Shown here: positions 1-12,722 of the stretch, piece by piece
Position numbering within the stretch: position 1 is the stretch's first letter
Layout: each line of letters begins with the position of its first letter
NCBI GenBank assembly: GCA_010093605.1
Contig: MU004189.1
Location: 1,309,834 to 1,373,833 of the forward strand
Reading direction: 5' to 3'
Length of the DNA: 64,000 nt
Source: Lophium mytilinum
Lineage: Eukaryota
Made by a program: the position numbers and the translations under genes
The notes under the pieces: generated by a model
Told to the model about the DNA's origin: nothing
Databases searched by the model: none
The model's input: the letters and a program-made list of their open reading frames with translations, nothing else

Positions 1-639
1 CTTTTACTAATCGCTTCCAGACGCAATGCCTCTAGACGTAGGCCGGCACAGTGCCACCAAAGTCCCCTAAAGTCCCCTGAAGTCCACTGCGCGGAGCCAT
101 TTCAGTCGTACGGCAAATCGCAATTCACAGCCCATCCAGCACATACAGTTCTAGGCTATACGTTTGCGCACACAAATAACACTGCTTAAGTGTCGCTTTT
201 GCAAGCTAGACGCCACTACCAGGCGCGTCCAGCGTCCACATAGCGAGACTACCTCTTAGTCAAGAGGAAGCTCAGATTACGCTGGCTAAAATTTGACATG
301 ACGCCTACGCTGTGGTCACCCAATGGAGGTATTTCTCGCATGCCCTCATCGCTGATATTCAATAGGATGGAAAATGGTGGCATTTAATTCCTGAAATCGC
401 ATCCCTATGGGTATAGAACCCGAAGTGAACTAATTTAACATGTGAAGCTCGTCCGATGCGCAAAAAGATAGTGGAAATTCTATGATACGTAGGCCCAGAA
501 GCACGTGGAATATGCAAATGATGTTGCGACATGCGACTGTTGGGTTCGCTGTGGGCAAATTAGACCTCGGTTTGGAAATAGCGACGACGAAGACGAAGGA
601 GAGACGAGCAGCGCAAAATTTCTTTATGAGACTAATCCC

Positions 640-1330
640 AGCAGCACCCTCGCGTACCTAGTAGCAGTCAAAGTCGAGGAACGTACGGCTATCCAGCCGG
701 GTACGGCGATCGAGCCAGGTACGGCGAAGAATGTCCCTTCCAGGCTGAGGTACGACAAGTATGCGTTCAGCTATCTTTGGTCTTGCTTACTTGACACCAC
801 TGTAAGGAGTACCCTAGCGCGCTAGGTAGCATGTGTTAGCCACGCTAGGTAACATGTATTAGCCTCGCTAAATAGTAGTGGTAATTTTCACTCTTATGCA
901 TTGATGTTACTCTTTAACACTTAGATCGAGCAGATGGAGCACCCTGCTTCTGTGCTAATAAGATGTCTCCCTGCTCTGAACCTACTTTTACTTACTTCAT
1001 ATCACTGGGAGTAATACCCTAGGTCCTATATACCAGCTATGCTAAAACGCAGTCTGATATCCCCTACATTGATAATTCTACTATAACTGTCTGTTTTGCC
1101 AGATGGTCGCCTAGTGGAAACCCAATTTGCGTAATACTCCTCGCCTATTAACTGCTGAACCATATAGCGATTAGTCCTCTTGATTATCGGGGGATTACTT
1201 ATCGGGGTGAAACTTAGCTCCCAATTGCAGTGCTGAATTGGAGGTGGCACAAGCCCATAATTGCTAATCGGGGGCGCCTTACTAATCTGGTGGGAATAAG
1301 TACCAAGCCACTAGCTACTAACTACTATGA
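640..1330 (-). pseudogene. Possible RIP-degraded relic of a gene or TE ORF
   Basis: The segment is TpA-rich. The frame of minus-strand ORF 1026..1250 continues downstream but is broken by TAG/TGA/TAA codons compatible with CAG/TGG/CAA transitions. Short tandem duplications occur at ~695-730 and ~820-870. No family recognised. Confidence 0.3.
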
Positions 1331-1600
1331 TATAGTGTCTGTGCAGGCCTCGGGGAACTCGCACTTTGTAGGCACGGATATTCGACGGAAATAGGCCTTT
1401 ATCGCCGTAAACAAGGCTTGGCATACCAGAAGAATAGAGGGACTCGGTCTCCTCTATAACATTGAACACGCGAACAGTCACTAAAGATTCAAGGTCTCTT
1501 GTTTGGTAGGTCTGACTACTCGTAAACCATTCCAGCCTCTGTCCTTCTTGTCATCAGCATCGTCAATTTTCTTATGTCCGCTATGATCGGTTGAGGCGAG

Positions 1601-3904
1601 ATGCCCACTTCCGCAGAGATCGAAAATCAACAGCCCGGTGCTTTGGGCTCTTTACAGCGACCGAAGCGTCACCAGGTCGCCCGCGCTTGCGACTGGTGCC
1701 GGGCGTATCGGATCAAGTGTGACGCTAGATCTCCATGTCGCAATTGCGACTCCAGTGGTCGTCAATGCAGCAGCACTGGCGCGAACCAGATACGCACATT
1801 CGCTACTGCGACTAGGTATGTTGATGGTTGATCTAACCAGAACATGCACGGAACTCGGAACTCATGCTTGTATAGAGAAATTGAACGGCTGAAGTTGCAG
1901 ATACAAGAGCTTCAACTTCAAGTCACTTACCAGCACCCTACGGAGAAAGATGAAGGTTCCAGCCGACCATTAACACTGTCTAAATCTACTCGTTCTTTGC
2001 CAACCTATCTCGACCCTTATAGAGAGCATGGCGGGAACTGGCGCCACTGGGAATGTTACTACTCACCGAGCGAGAACTCGCAGCAGCGTATTTGTTATGG
2101 GCCGGCATCTGCGGCCTACTTCATCGGCAGATTGAACACACATCTTAAATCAGTGCTTCCCCCGTCGCAAAACAATGAGTATATGCAACTAGACCTGACG
2201 TCGACGCGTGGGTATCCTGAGCTTCCCAACGAACCCACAGCCTTCCTAGCACCAGGTTCGACGGGCACGGAGCGACTTTCGGAAACTTCTCTCTCGCGAG
2301 CTCAAGAGGAAAGTTTGCTCGACTCATTTTGGCAGACATATCATCTATCATATCCGATTCTGGACAAAGATGAATTCCTGTCACACCTAGACTCATTATG
2401 GGCTCCATTGGGAACACGCCGCCAACCTTCAGCGCTCGTTGACATCGTTCTTGCTTTGTGTATTCAACACGGTGCTTCGAACCTACCGTCTGGCACCCTT
2501 GAAGGATTTAAGAATGCATCCTACACAGATCATGCACTCTATCATAGAAGTTCAAGTCTGCTCGGTGACCAGCTTGAAGAACCCTCTCTCGCCTCAGTCG
2601 CCACTTTACAGTGCCAAATTCTCTCCGTCGTCTACCTTTCCAACGCCTCTCGCCCAAACACAGCCAATATTGCGCTAGCTACCGCCATCAGAACTGCAAT
2701 TGTCCTAGGCTTCCACCGTGATCCACCGCAGGGCACGTCAATGGAAGAGGAGCAGACCCGAAAGCGGATATTTTGGACGCTCTATGCGTTCGAAATGGAT
2801 ACCGTCATGCAATTAGGCCGCCCACTCGCGGTCAATATGTCTCAGGTCACATGTAGTCTTCCGAAAATGGAAGAGAACACTCTGACCTCCAAAACGGACT
2901 CGTCATTGAATAGAATGAAAACTTGCTACGCTTTCAACCTACAGTTCATCAAATTGGTCCTTGCAGCTCGATCGACGTATGTTAGCTTCTACCATAAATG
3001 TGCTGACGTCCTCAAACAACACGATCAGGATAGCCTCTACAACAATGCCGAGGGCTTGGAAGCGTGTGCGGAGTTTCTGTCGCAGAAGATGGAATACCTG
3101 TATAATTGGAGTTATAACGTGCCAGAAGCTTTGAAGTACACACGAAAGAGCGCAGAGGAGCTTCTACCCACTGCCAGACCATCATTGGGGCGTTTGCAGA
3201 CACCTACTCCATGGCTAGAGCGTGAGAGAATCTTACTAGACCTCCGATACCACAACTTCGCCATGAATCTCTTCCGGCCATTCATCTGCTTCTCGGAAAT
3301 CGCCACAATGACTGTGCCATTCACCACCAGCAACGCGAACGCTTGCCTCTTCCATGCGAGAATCATCACCGAGACATTACTACAAGCGCTCACTGAATCG
3401 GAGCTCCTACATGGACGACATGAGATCTTTCGATTGCAATGGAATGCCGCCATATCACTCGTTGGGTACTTGACTGCGTATCCGGGTAGCGATGCGAGCC
3501 ATACATGCCGGGATTCAATCAACTACGCGCTTCAAGCCTTTGAGGTCCTCTCTAGCAGTTTCCCTGCGGCACGTCGTGCGATCAACGTCACTCGGGAACT
3601 TCTCTCTCGCGTCGGACCCCCAAAAGGCAGTCGGACGATTATCAACGATGAGCTTGCTCCGGACAATGCCGCCTTGTTCATTGAGTACCCCGATCTAGCA
3701 CACGATGCCATCGCTCAAGAATTGGGGCTGGGTCCCTCGCCGCTTAGTATGCCAGCGGAAGTTAACGAATGGGCCGCGCAACTACGGCCGCTCGGGCATG
3801 CCCCAGGCCATTCGCTCGATTTCTTGGATATGATGAGCTTTGAGGAACCGCGGGCGTTCAACACGTGGGACTTCGAGTTGGATGATGAACTTAGTAGAAT
3901 ATGA
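1601..3904 (+). CDS. Zn(II)2Cys6 fungal transcription factor with fungal-specific TF (middle homology) domain
   Basis: Exon 1 encodes ACDWCRAYRIKCDARSPCRNCDSSGRQC. Intron 1816..1875 (gtatgt...tatag) joins it in frame to ORF 1844..3904, which has YPILD, LGFHRD, RKRIFWTLY and LGRP motifs. Confidence 0.93.
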
Positions 3905-4365
3905 TACGACGCGGGTATTTCATCTTCGAGAACAGGATCCACAAGAGCTTGCAAGATTCGTGGAGACGTCGTTCGACACTCCATGCATGATTCGTTCAGT
4001 CGGTGCAGCTCAGATGTCCAGCCAATCAGACGTCAGGATGTGCCAAGCCGGAGTCTAGGAGATATTTATTGGTCACCATATCCCTAGAGACAGCGTTCAT
4101 GGAGTCTAGGAGATGTGCCCTAGTTTAGGATTCCGTGCTCAAGGGATCTAGCCTTTAGGAGTCTAGAGGTGGTAACACTGCCTTCGCTCTTAGACTAATA
4201 GTGAAGTACGAACTTTCAATTTCCAAATCACTTCAGACAATCCCCACCCGACCAAGACGCGCATGCACGCATTCTTTTTTCTTGAAGCATTTCTGGAGAT
4301 GACCTCTCTCTCGGTACCACCTCCAACATAATCTACGTTGCTCGCCTTCCCAAGAGACGCCTACC

Positions 4366-4680
4366 ATGTCCTCCGCTACCTCAACACCCATCTACGTCAC
4401 CTTCCTCTACCCTACCAACACATCCTTCAACATGACCTACTACCTCAACACCCACATCCCGCTCACCAAGAAGAAATATGCGCCGTACGGGCTGCGTAGT
4501 TGTGTCGTTTGCGACACCGCCGACAGCCCGGCGTTCGCTGTTATGGTCGTTTCCACGTGGGAGAGCATCGAGGGATGGAACGAAGCGCAAAAGGCAGAGT
4601 GTACGAAAGCGATTGTGGAGGATGTGAAGAATTACACGGATGGGGAGCTGGTGGTGCTTGTTGGCAAGGTGGTCGGGTAG
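4366..4680 (+). CDS. EthD-like dimeric alpha/beta-barrel protein (104 aa)
   Basis: VTFLYP...FNMTYYLNTHIPL and C-terminal DVKNYTD are EthD-family signatures. The start context accATG is good. Confidence 0.8.
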   Translation: MSSATSTPIYVTFLYPTNTSFNMTYYLNTHIPLTKKKYAPYGLRSCVVCDTADSPAFAVMVVSTWESIEGWNEAQKAECTKAIVEDVKNYTDGELVVLVGKVVG

Positions 4681-4792
4681 AAAAGCGATTTAGGGATGGA
4701 GAGCTGGAGCGAGGTTGAAGGAGGGTGTTATATCAGGACACTTGGATATAGATTGCAGATGCAGACTTCTAGAGATGGATTCTATCTTTGGT

Positions 4793-5409
4793 TTACTTAG
4801 AGGGTTGCTCAATCGTGATGTTCTTCTTAGCCCAGTCCATCTTCTTCTCCGCATACGCCTCCTGAGCCGGTGCTGCAATGTGGTTGAATAGTGATGCTTT
4901 CACGATGACCACTTCTGGATGTAAGGGGACCTCTGTGGTTACAGGACTTCTTTGAAATTAGTAGTGGTCTCAAACGTAGAGTCAGAGTTCGCGAACCTCC
5001 CGCAGTTGCCGCAAAAGTTACGCTGTGAAGAGAGCATTAGCGACAACTCTACGGCGCATGCTCGCCTGGCAATAAACTCTACACGTACTGTGATGGTGTT
5101 TCCACTATCGGTATTGCTATCGTGATAGCTCTTCAGGGAACCTTTTGGATCGCTAACGATGACGGCGGATTTCGCGAGGGTGTAATTGAAAGAGCCGACT
5201 ATGAACTATTAGCTAAAGGCGCCGGGTTGGTTGTGGTTACGTACGGCCGCCTCCAGCTCGCCGACAATTCAGGCTTGGTAGAATCAGAATAAATCGTCGA
5301 AAGCTTGCAGATGACGAGAAACGGACCAAAAGCAGATAAGAGAACCATCAGGGGGATCGGGCAGAGTGACGCGGACACTCCCGCAATTGCAGTGGCCTTC
5401 GGTCGACAT
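4793..5409 (-). CDS. GFA/Mss4-like (CENP-V/GFA) zinc-binding protein, 5 exons
   Basis: Manual splicing of four GT-AG introns gives MSTEGHCNCGSVRV...ICFCLNCRRAGGG...SYHDSNTDSGNTITRNFCGNCGSPV...VKASLF...EQPSK*, the GFA CxC/CxCxxCR/FCxxCGS pattern. The ORF track shows only fragments. Confidence 0.85.
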
Positions 5410-5866
5410 GTTAGTGGATGCAATACAACTCGTTGAGGACTTCCCGATGATTCGGGACAAGAGAAGATGGAAAGGGCAAACTGCAGTTCGAGCGAGGCGC
5501 CGCCACTTTATTCGTTCCATACCTTCCGGGAGCTAGACTGAGGAAGGATGTTAGAGGCCGTAAATGTGGATCGCTGTCGCGAGACCCACTTTATCCACTC
5601 TTTGCACTTCGAAAGTACGAATGGACGCGATTCGATCCGTTTTGTCCCTGTATTACTGCTATGATAAGAAATGCTGATCTCTAGACCTAATTACTATCAT
5701 ACGCAGGTTATATGTAGGATGTTATATTCATTGCTTAGAGTGACTAGACCGAGAACTTGTAGTAGGGAAAGTGAACATTAAGAGTATTACCATCGAAATT
5801 TTGGACAGATAAGAAGATGAGAAGCGCGTAGAATTTCAAAAAGCTCCCGAGAATACATAGAATTCA

Positions 5867-8561
5867 CTACCGGACGGTCCACAGGTTGACGAGATTCCTG
5901 TCGACTGTCGCTAGCAGCTTATTATCTGGCGAAAATGCTAGCACTGGCGAGGCATACATGCTTGTATGCTTAAACTTTTGCAACACCCCGCCTGTTCTAG
6001 TGTCCCATAGTTCTAGTTCGGCTTTAGATCGGTCGTATATAACCAAAAATTTGCTGTTTGGTGAGAATAACGGAACGTAAAGCGTGAAACCATGGAAAGC
6101 ATGTAGAATAACACCTGACCCGGCGTTCCAAAGTCTGATCGCATAACTGTACGCTACGTCAATAGCCGTTGATACCAGCATAGTTCCGTCTGGTGAGTAA
6201 GCCAAAGCAGTGGTATTTTGTGAACTTGTCCATATCACTTTACCGTCGCCACTGTTCCATACTTTGAGGACGTTGCTGCCTTCAGCTGCTGATGCAAGCT
6301 TCCCGCCGCCATGTGGCGACAAGGCCAACGGGCCCTTATGATTGGCTCCGATGTTCCACTTGTACACCCTTTGTTTGGAAGGTATGTCCCAAACCCTGAT
6401 ATAACTATCGCGCGTAACCGTTGCTATCATCTTGTCATCTGGCGAGACGACGTAGTATCTAACCGATCTCCGATGTTTGACCTTCCATTCTGCTGCTTTG
6501 GATCCAAGATATGATACGACGATGAGCGTTGCTCGACCGTCGTGCCTCATTATTCCATCATATTGAAGGACTATTAGTGGCGAGTTGAGTGGTGAGGGCA
6601 GAGTTCCGCGCACGGGCCAGAGAACCTTTTTATACTCTGGTCTGAGGATATTTTTGCCTTTTTGAGCATCTACGTCCCATAACGTAAGCTCATAACCGCT
6701 TGCCGACGCTACTGTCTTGCTATCATCAGAACACCAGCCTACCGCGATCAGCGGGTAATTATATCTTTTGCTTTTCAGCGTCCGCAGGCTGGCTCCGGAG
6801 TAAGGGTCGACAATCCTGACCCACCCATCCCTACATCCTATAGCCAGCAGCTTGCTGTCCGCCGAGAATGCCACGCAACCTACACTGTCGGTACTAACTT
6901 CTAGCGTCCGCAGAAGCTTCCATGGTTCCTCGAAGACTGAGCTGTCTGAAGGACGAAAGCCTACGGTTGTAGTTGGTTGTTGCGTCTGGTTTGTATCTCG
7001 GCCTCCGGATCCAAAGGATGGATACACTGTTGCTGCAATTCCCTCCGATGGAAATGGTGGGTGCAATGTCTGTGCGGAACTGACGGAGCTAGAGGAAGTC
7101 GATTGACTGCCGATATTCCCAGGGGATGAGTAGCCCTGCGCTTCGGGACGGGAGCGGTTCCGTGGACTGTTGTTCTCGCCTTCACGAGGCCTCTTACTCG
7201 TCCACACAGCTCTGTCTGGTTGAGGCATAAAGGTGGTAGAAGGAGATGCTGTAATTCTTGAGTACGTTTGGGGGTCGATAATCCTAGCGCCGGACGTCCC
7301 ACTCCAACTGGCGAATGCCTCTCGAACTGTTGCTTCATCACTTCCCCTCAAGGGCCGTGTGCGCGCTGACAGAGAGACGTCCACGTTGGGTGTAGTGGAC
7401 TGCGTAATTCCTCGAAAGGGGTTGGAGCTGTGCAACTGCATCCAAGGATGGCGAAGCGCTACTGCTGCACTCGTACGGAGATGAGGATTGACTGCCATAA
7501 GGCTGCTGATCAGGGCTGTTCCACTTCCTCCAGTAACAACCTTCAAGTGTTCTTTGGGATATTCCTGAACTCCTTGAACGTAATTTCTGAGCGCGTCTTC
7601 ATCCTGGAATGTGTAATCGCCTGTCAACATCTGAAATGCAATTTCACCTAAAGCCCATAAGTCTGCCGCCTTGTGATCGTAGGAGTCCGTGTATCTGCGG
7701 GCAAAGAATAGTTCTGGCGCCAAATACGATCTCGTGCCTTTGATAGTCGACGGCTCATTTCCATTAGAAGCGCGTTTGCTAACGCCAAAGTCGGCCAGTT
7801 TTACCAACCAAACCCCCGGTGGCTGCGATTCGATAAGAATATTCTATTTCATGTTCGTTAATCAAACTCCTCTGGTGCTCCACGGTTACTTACCGCGGGC
7901 TTGAGGTCCCGGTGTGCAAAATCGTTCTCATGCATCTTTTGCAGCCCTTCGAGTATTTGCCGCGTCAAAAACTGGGCTTCTACTAGCGGTATTTGTCGCA
8001 CCCGCGAGAGGTAGCAGCGTAGATCGCCAAGCGGGTAGTACTCCATAGCAATATAGACCGTGTTTGCATTTTCGTACCATCCGAAAGACTTCACGAAGTA
8101 TGTTTCGTACTGGATCGCATCAGCCAATTCCGCCGTCTCCAAGGGAGCACCTCCAAAACTTACTTTAGGGGCTGAAAACTTTGCCACGGCTTTCAATTCT
8201 CCCAGAAAATCTGCGATCCTGGCTTGCGGAACCTTCCGGATCTTCTTTACCGCGCGAAATGCCCCAGAATTTCTGCCCTCTATGCATTCCTCTAAACATA
8301 CCTCCCCGTATCCTCCTAGGCCAAGGCAACTTGCCTGCTTCCAGTGCTCTTGGAAAGTCGTCCGTCCTCGACTGGCGCTGGACTCGACATAGCTATGAAT
8401 GGTGCGGTCTTCGTGAACAGTCGTTTGGAGATATGAATCGAGCACGAGATCTTCTTGGGCATGATCTAGTATATGGACTCCTGTATTCGCGACCGTATTT
8501 AGTGTCCGTGGGAGTCGCGGTGACGATGGGCGAAGTTGGCCTCACCAGAAGATGCCGCCAT
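5867..8561 (-). CDS. Ser/Thr protein kinase fused to a C-terminal WD40 beta-propeller
   Basis: The kinase motifs are intact: LGLGGYGEV, RAVKKI, HRDLKPANIL, KLADFG, YLAPE. An S/T/P-rich linker precedes ~7 WD40 repeats (VAFSADSKLLA...; LAYSPDGTMLVS...IRLWN; LAFSPDNKLLAT). Inferred introns 8481..8545, 8110..8163 and 7844..7892 give start MAASSGVHILDHAQEDLVLDS at 8561. Confidence 0.9.
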
Positions 8562-8820
8562 ACTCTAACCCCGAACTTGGCTCGTCACACCCTCGACTTC
8601 TTTCTGATGAGGAGTGGGTCAAACCAACTGAGCAGGGCAGGAGGTGTATGTGCTGCGCCGGGTTTGCCTTCGTGCGGGGCTGAGGCTCTGCGTGGGGGCT
8701 GTGTTGAAATCAGGCAGCAATCCAGCCTTGCGAGGTCTATACATTCATCGGCACTAACGTTAAACACTGCCATGAACGCAGAGCCTGGCACTCACTCAGA
8801 ATCAAAATCTCAATCTCTCC

Positions 8821-10465
8821 ATGTCTGGCGCGGAACTCGTTCTCAGCGTAATCGGTGCCGTCGCGGCAGTGGATGTCGCAATCAAGTATATATTTAACAC
8901 CGGGCCCTCTCTACAGCACTGACCGCCAGCCAATAATGAACTTGAAGCTGACAGTTTCTCAACAGATGCGGTTCGAAATTCGTCGCCACGTGTTCCGCCT
9001 TCAAGAATGCGGAGCGCGAAATTCTAGAGCGAGTGCTCCGTATCAACAATAGATGGTACAGAACAAAGTCTCAGCTGGCCTTTCTGAGCCGCGTTTGGTC
9101 CACCCTTGATCGTGAGCACCAGGAGCTACAAAACCAACTACTCGCAAACCTCGTCTCAGCTCTTACCATCGCCGATTCCAAAGCGAGCAGTTTCTTAGCA
9201 GGACACTCGAAGCTAGGCAGAAAAGAGAAACTCAAGTATGTCTTTTTGAAGAAGATTCTAGATAAAACAATCGCCGACCTGGATTTGTGGCAAAACGAGT
9301 TTGACCCGTCCTGGTTTTTGATTCTGAAAATTGGAGGCCAAAACATCGACAAGGAGCTCAATGTTAACATACAAAAGACCCACAATACGATTACCACCGC
9401 TTCAGGCATCCGCGACTCAATCAGGGATAGTCCCCAACAGACTGTGGCTGTACTCTTGCCAAAAGAGGATTTAGATGGAGCTAGGTTCGATGTCCTACCC
9501 TACAGTTCCGCAAAGTTAGCACAGCGAGTAAACTCGACAAGCTGGCTCATTTTGGACCCGATACGAAGCGAGTCTTTACCAGACTTTCAGCAGATGCACA
9601 AGACGGTTCGAGATCTCGCCAGAAGGCTGACCAGGACTGACCCTCTAACATTCTCACTTTTGAAGTGCAGAGGATTAGTGGTGGACAAAGCACAGCTCCA
9701 GTATACCCTAGTCTTCAAAATGCCAGACAACATGGCGAATCCCCGAAGTCTGCGCTCTAGTCTCAACGCGACAGATTTGAAGCATTCTCTCTCCGACCGA
9801 TTTCAGCTCGCGCGACAGTTGGCCCGGGCAGTCTGTTCCATTCACACCTTTGGATTGGTGCACAAGAGCATCAGGCCAGAGAACATTCTCCTCTTCCGCG
9901 ACAACAGCTCGACACTCGGGTCTGCCTTCCTTGTAGGATTTGAGAGCATTCGCCCAGAAGAAGGTTGGACGAGGCTTCGCAGCGATCTTGACTGGGAGAA
10001 GAACCTTTACCGACACCCAAAGCGACAAGGCGTTCAACTTCAGGATCGTTACATCATGCAACATGACATCTACAGTCTCGGGGTCTGTTTGTTAGAAATT
10101 GGCCTATGGACTTCGTTCGTCCAGTACTCCGGTAGTTCTCCAGATCGGACATCTCAAGGTTTCAAGTTCTTCGATAACGTACCAGACTCAGTAAATACTG
10201 CAGATTCGGTGAAGCAACAAATCTTACTCTTAGCGGGAGAAGAGCTTCGAACACGAATGGGAAGCAAATATGCGCGCGTGGTCGAGACTTGTCTCACTTG
10301 TTTAGACGAGGGCAACGAAGACTTTGGGGATGAAACAGAATTTCAAGATGAGGATGGGGTGTTGGTTGCCGTTCGATACATTGAAACAGTGAGCTGCTCT
10401 ATTCCTTAACAAACAACCGCTCATATACCTAGGTCCTCTTACAAATCAGCAACATCTTAGTATGA
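8821..10465 (+). CDS. HeLo/HELL-like N-terminal domain plus pseudokinase (fungal het-s-domain/kinase-like family)
   Basis: Exon 1 encodes the hydrophobic N-terminal helix MSGAELVLSVIGAVAAVDVAIK. Intron ~8886..8964 joins it in frame (KCGSKFVATCSAFKNAEREILERVLRINNRWY) to ORF 9033..10409. The C-terminal kinase-like fold has HKSIRPENILLF, LVGFE, LYRHPKRQG and HDIYSLGVCLLEIGLW. Last intron 10389..10432, stop at 10465. Confidence 0.82.
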
Positions 10466-10515
10466 ATGATCCTGGACTTAGACGTTGCCCAAAACTTGAT
10501 GCCATCAGCAATTGT

Positions 10516-11067
10516 TCAGACATACTCGCCGCCCTTCATCCAGCCAAGCTGTTTCCACATATTCAGTTTATCCCACTCTTTCGTAAAGCTCTTCACTTTC
10601 CCGTCTTCTACCTCGAAAATCGCCGAGGCGGTCCATGAAGCTTTATTCCCCGTGGGCTGGATGCCGTTGTGTTCCTTGCCGCAGTGGCTCCCTTCGGCGG
10701 AATACCTCAAGCAGACCATTCCACCTTTCGCAAATATGATATCGTAGGATTTGATGTGCAGATCGGCAACAGCGGCCATTACGTGGGAATGCGAGTCGGC
10801 GTAGTCGAGAGGTGTGTGGCATCCGGGGAAGGTGGTGGGTGCTGTGAAGGTAGCGTTCTCCGCGACGAGGTGCTGGACGCTGTCACGGCCGGTGTTTTCT
10901 TTGGGGGAGTAGCTGATACGCATGTACTCTTTGACGACGTCGACGTTTTTCTGCAGGGTGTCAGTTTCATCGCCTGGAAATATGGGAGGGGTGTGAACGG
11001 CGATGGTACTTACAGACTCCTCATCGCTCTGAGCGACGGTCAGTTTTGAAGGCGGATATTTAGGCAT
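10516..11067 (-). CDS. SnoaL/NTF2-like ester cyclase family protein
   Basis: 183-aa ORF with ADLHIKSYDIIFAKGGMVCLRYSAEGSHCG...GIQPTGNKASW...FEVEDGKV...WDKLNMWKQLG, a SnoaL-like pattern. Confidence 0.85.
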   Translation of the reverse strand: MPKYPPSKLTVAQSDEESVSTIAVHTPPIFPGDETDTLQKNVDVVKEYMRISYSPKENTGRDSVQHLVAENATFTAPTTFPGCHTPLDYADSHSHVMAAVADLHIKSYDIIFAKGGMVCLRYSAEGSHCGKEHNGIQPTGNKASWTASAIFEVEDGKVKSFTKEWDKLNMWKQLGWMKGGEYV

Positions 11068-12722
11068 CGTGGGTGTTTATTTGATGGGGTATTTGATTAG
11101 GGGCATGTTAAATAGATGTAGTTGTTGGTATAACCACTAAATAGATGGAGTTGAGGTCATCATAACCTCATCTGGCGATCGCAAGGCGACGGCATCATGA
11201 CGTCCTCTCTTAAAATTTCCATCAAAGTAATCATTGAGATGCGAACTATCGGTATCCATAGATTGTCGAACGATAAGTAGAAATTGCCATAGGTGGAGCG
11301 GTGGTGTCGAGTGCGAAGTTGAAGCGTGCTACAGGAAATGCGGCGTGAATCTTCTCTAGAATCACAACCATTGGTCGGAAATTGATCAAATTTCTACATC
11401 ACTCATTGGCTAGATTGGGATTAAAAACAGGAGTCACGTGATACCAGGTATGCCTCCGCCAAATCTACGAATTTCGTTCCACATCCAAGAGCTGAGCATC
11501 CTTCAGGCTATGCTTATATTCTTTGGGCCCTGCGCCTTGTTTGTCTCAATAAAAGGGGAACAGATTCATCGATTGTTCTATCCTGCCCAAGATAAATCGG
11601 ACCTATCTTTGTGCCGTGAACTCCTAAGTTTCTGTAGCCTCAGCGCAGTATAAAACACGGCATACAATCACTCCGAATACCCCTCTGCGGCTCATGAACC
11701 CTCTCTGTTTGTTACCGGCCCCCGGAAGTCCGCGTTTTGGATCATTTCTGATTGCGCGCGCCAGTTTCTTCGCCGCATGCAGGAGGCCCTTCACTCCCAA
11801 ACTGCGAGCAACCGCCACACCAACACTGAACGTGTCATCTGCGTTTCAATTTAACAACGCACCCTCAAGCCTCCATAGGGCTGAATCCCCAGGCTGTGGT
11901 CATCTAAGGCACCTCCGCCTTTTGCACGCGCTGCCGCCGCTAAGCATGCACACCAGCGAGGCGCAGCTCGCATTGCGGCGTCCTTTGCCTTTTCTGTGCT
12001 GCGGATCAACATCAAAGCCCCATGACCGCTCTGCATCAGGGTCGCGCTTATGCAGAACTCGGACTGTACGCGCCCGCTTGGACTACAGCTGTATTTCCTG
12101 GGACTCTTGACTGGCCGCCTCGTGCCGGCAGTGTGGTAAGACAGAGCCAGATCCACTACTGCTGATGCGGAGTGACCCTGAATTAGACGCAAAATGCGAG
12201 GAGCCTCATCCATCACAGCCCCCAATACACCACCAGTTCACTGCCATTAGGTAACCAGAGATCGCTGGCGTCAGTATACATATAGGAGTCCCTCCTAATC
12301 TCTCTCACCGCAAACCCTATTACTTCCGCTTTCTATTCGTCAAGTGTCGTTCGTTGCCAGATATCGCCTTCCATTTTTAATAAGCTTGACGATCGTTCCT
12401 GCATCTACTACACTTTCGCCCGTCAGCACTCACCTCTTGTTACACCTAGACGTCACAAGGCAACTAAGAACTCCCTGTATTACAACTTCAATTCTTTGTG
12501 ACTCAAGTCTCCTACGCCTCGCGCAACGTCACCTAGGGTAGGCTTCTACGCCTCTCGAAGTTGTACATATACATACAAAGAATCCACGGAAACACGAAAA
12601 GTAGCCTAAGGACGAGTCAAGTTCTATATAAGCTCGAGCGCAAACCTTTATAGTTTACACCCACACGAATAGCACATTCACATCCCTCATACTTCAATTC
12701 TTACACGTTCTTACTGATTGCC

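Noticed and set aside
8181..8897. 238-aa plus-strand ORF and other long antisense or overlapping ORFs (14223..14909, 28223..28846, 42165..42806, 46328..47014, 62250..62861)
   Set aside because: They are shadows of better-supported genes in GC-rich coding sequence and have no domain motifs.
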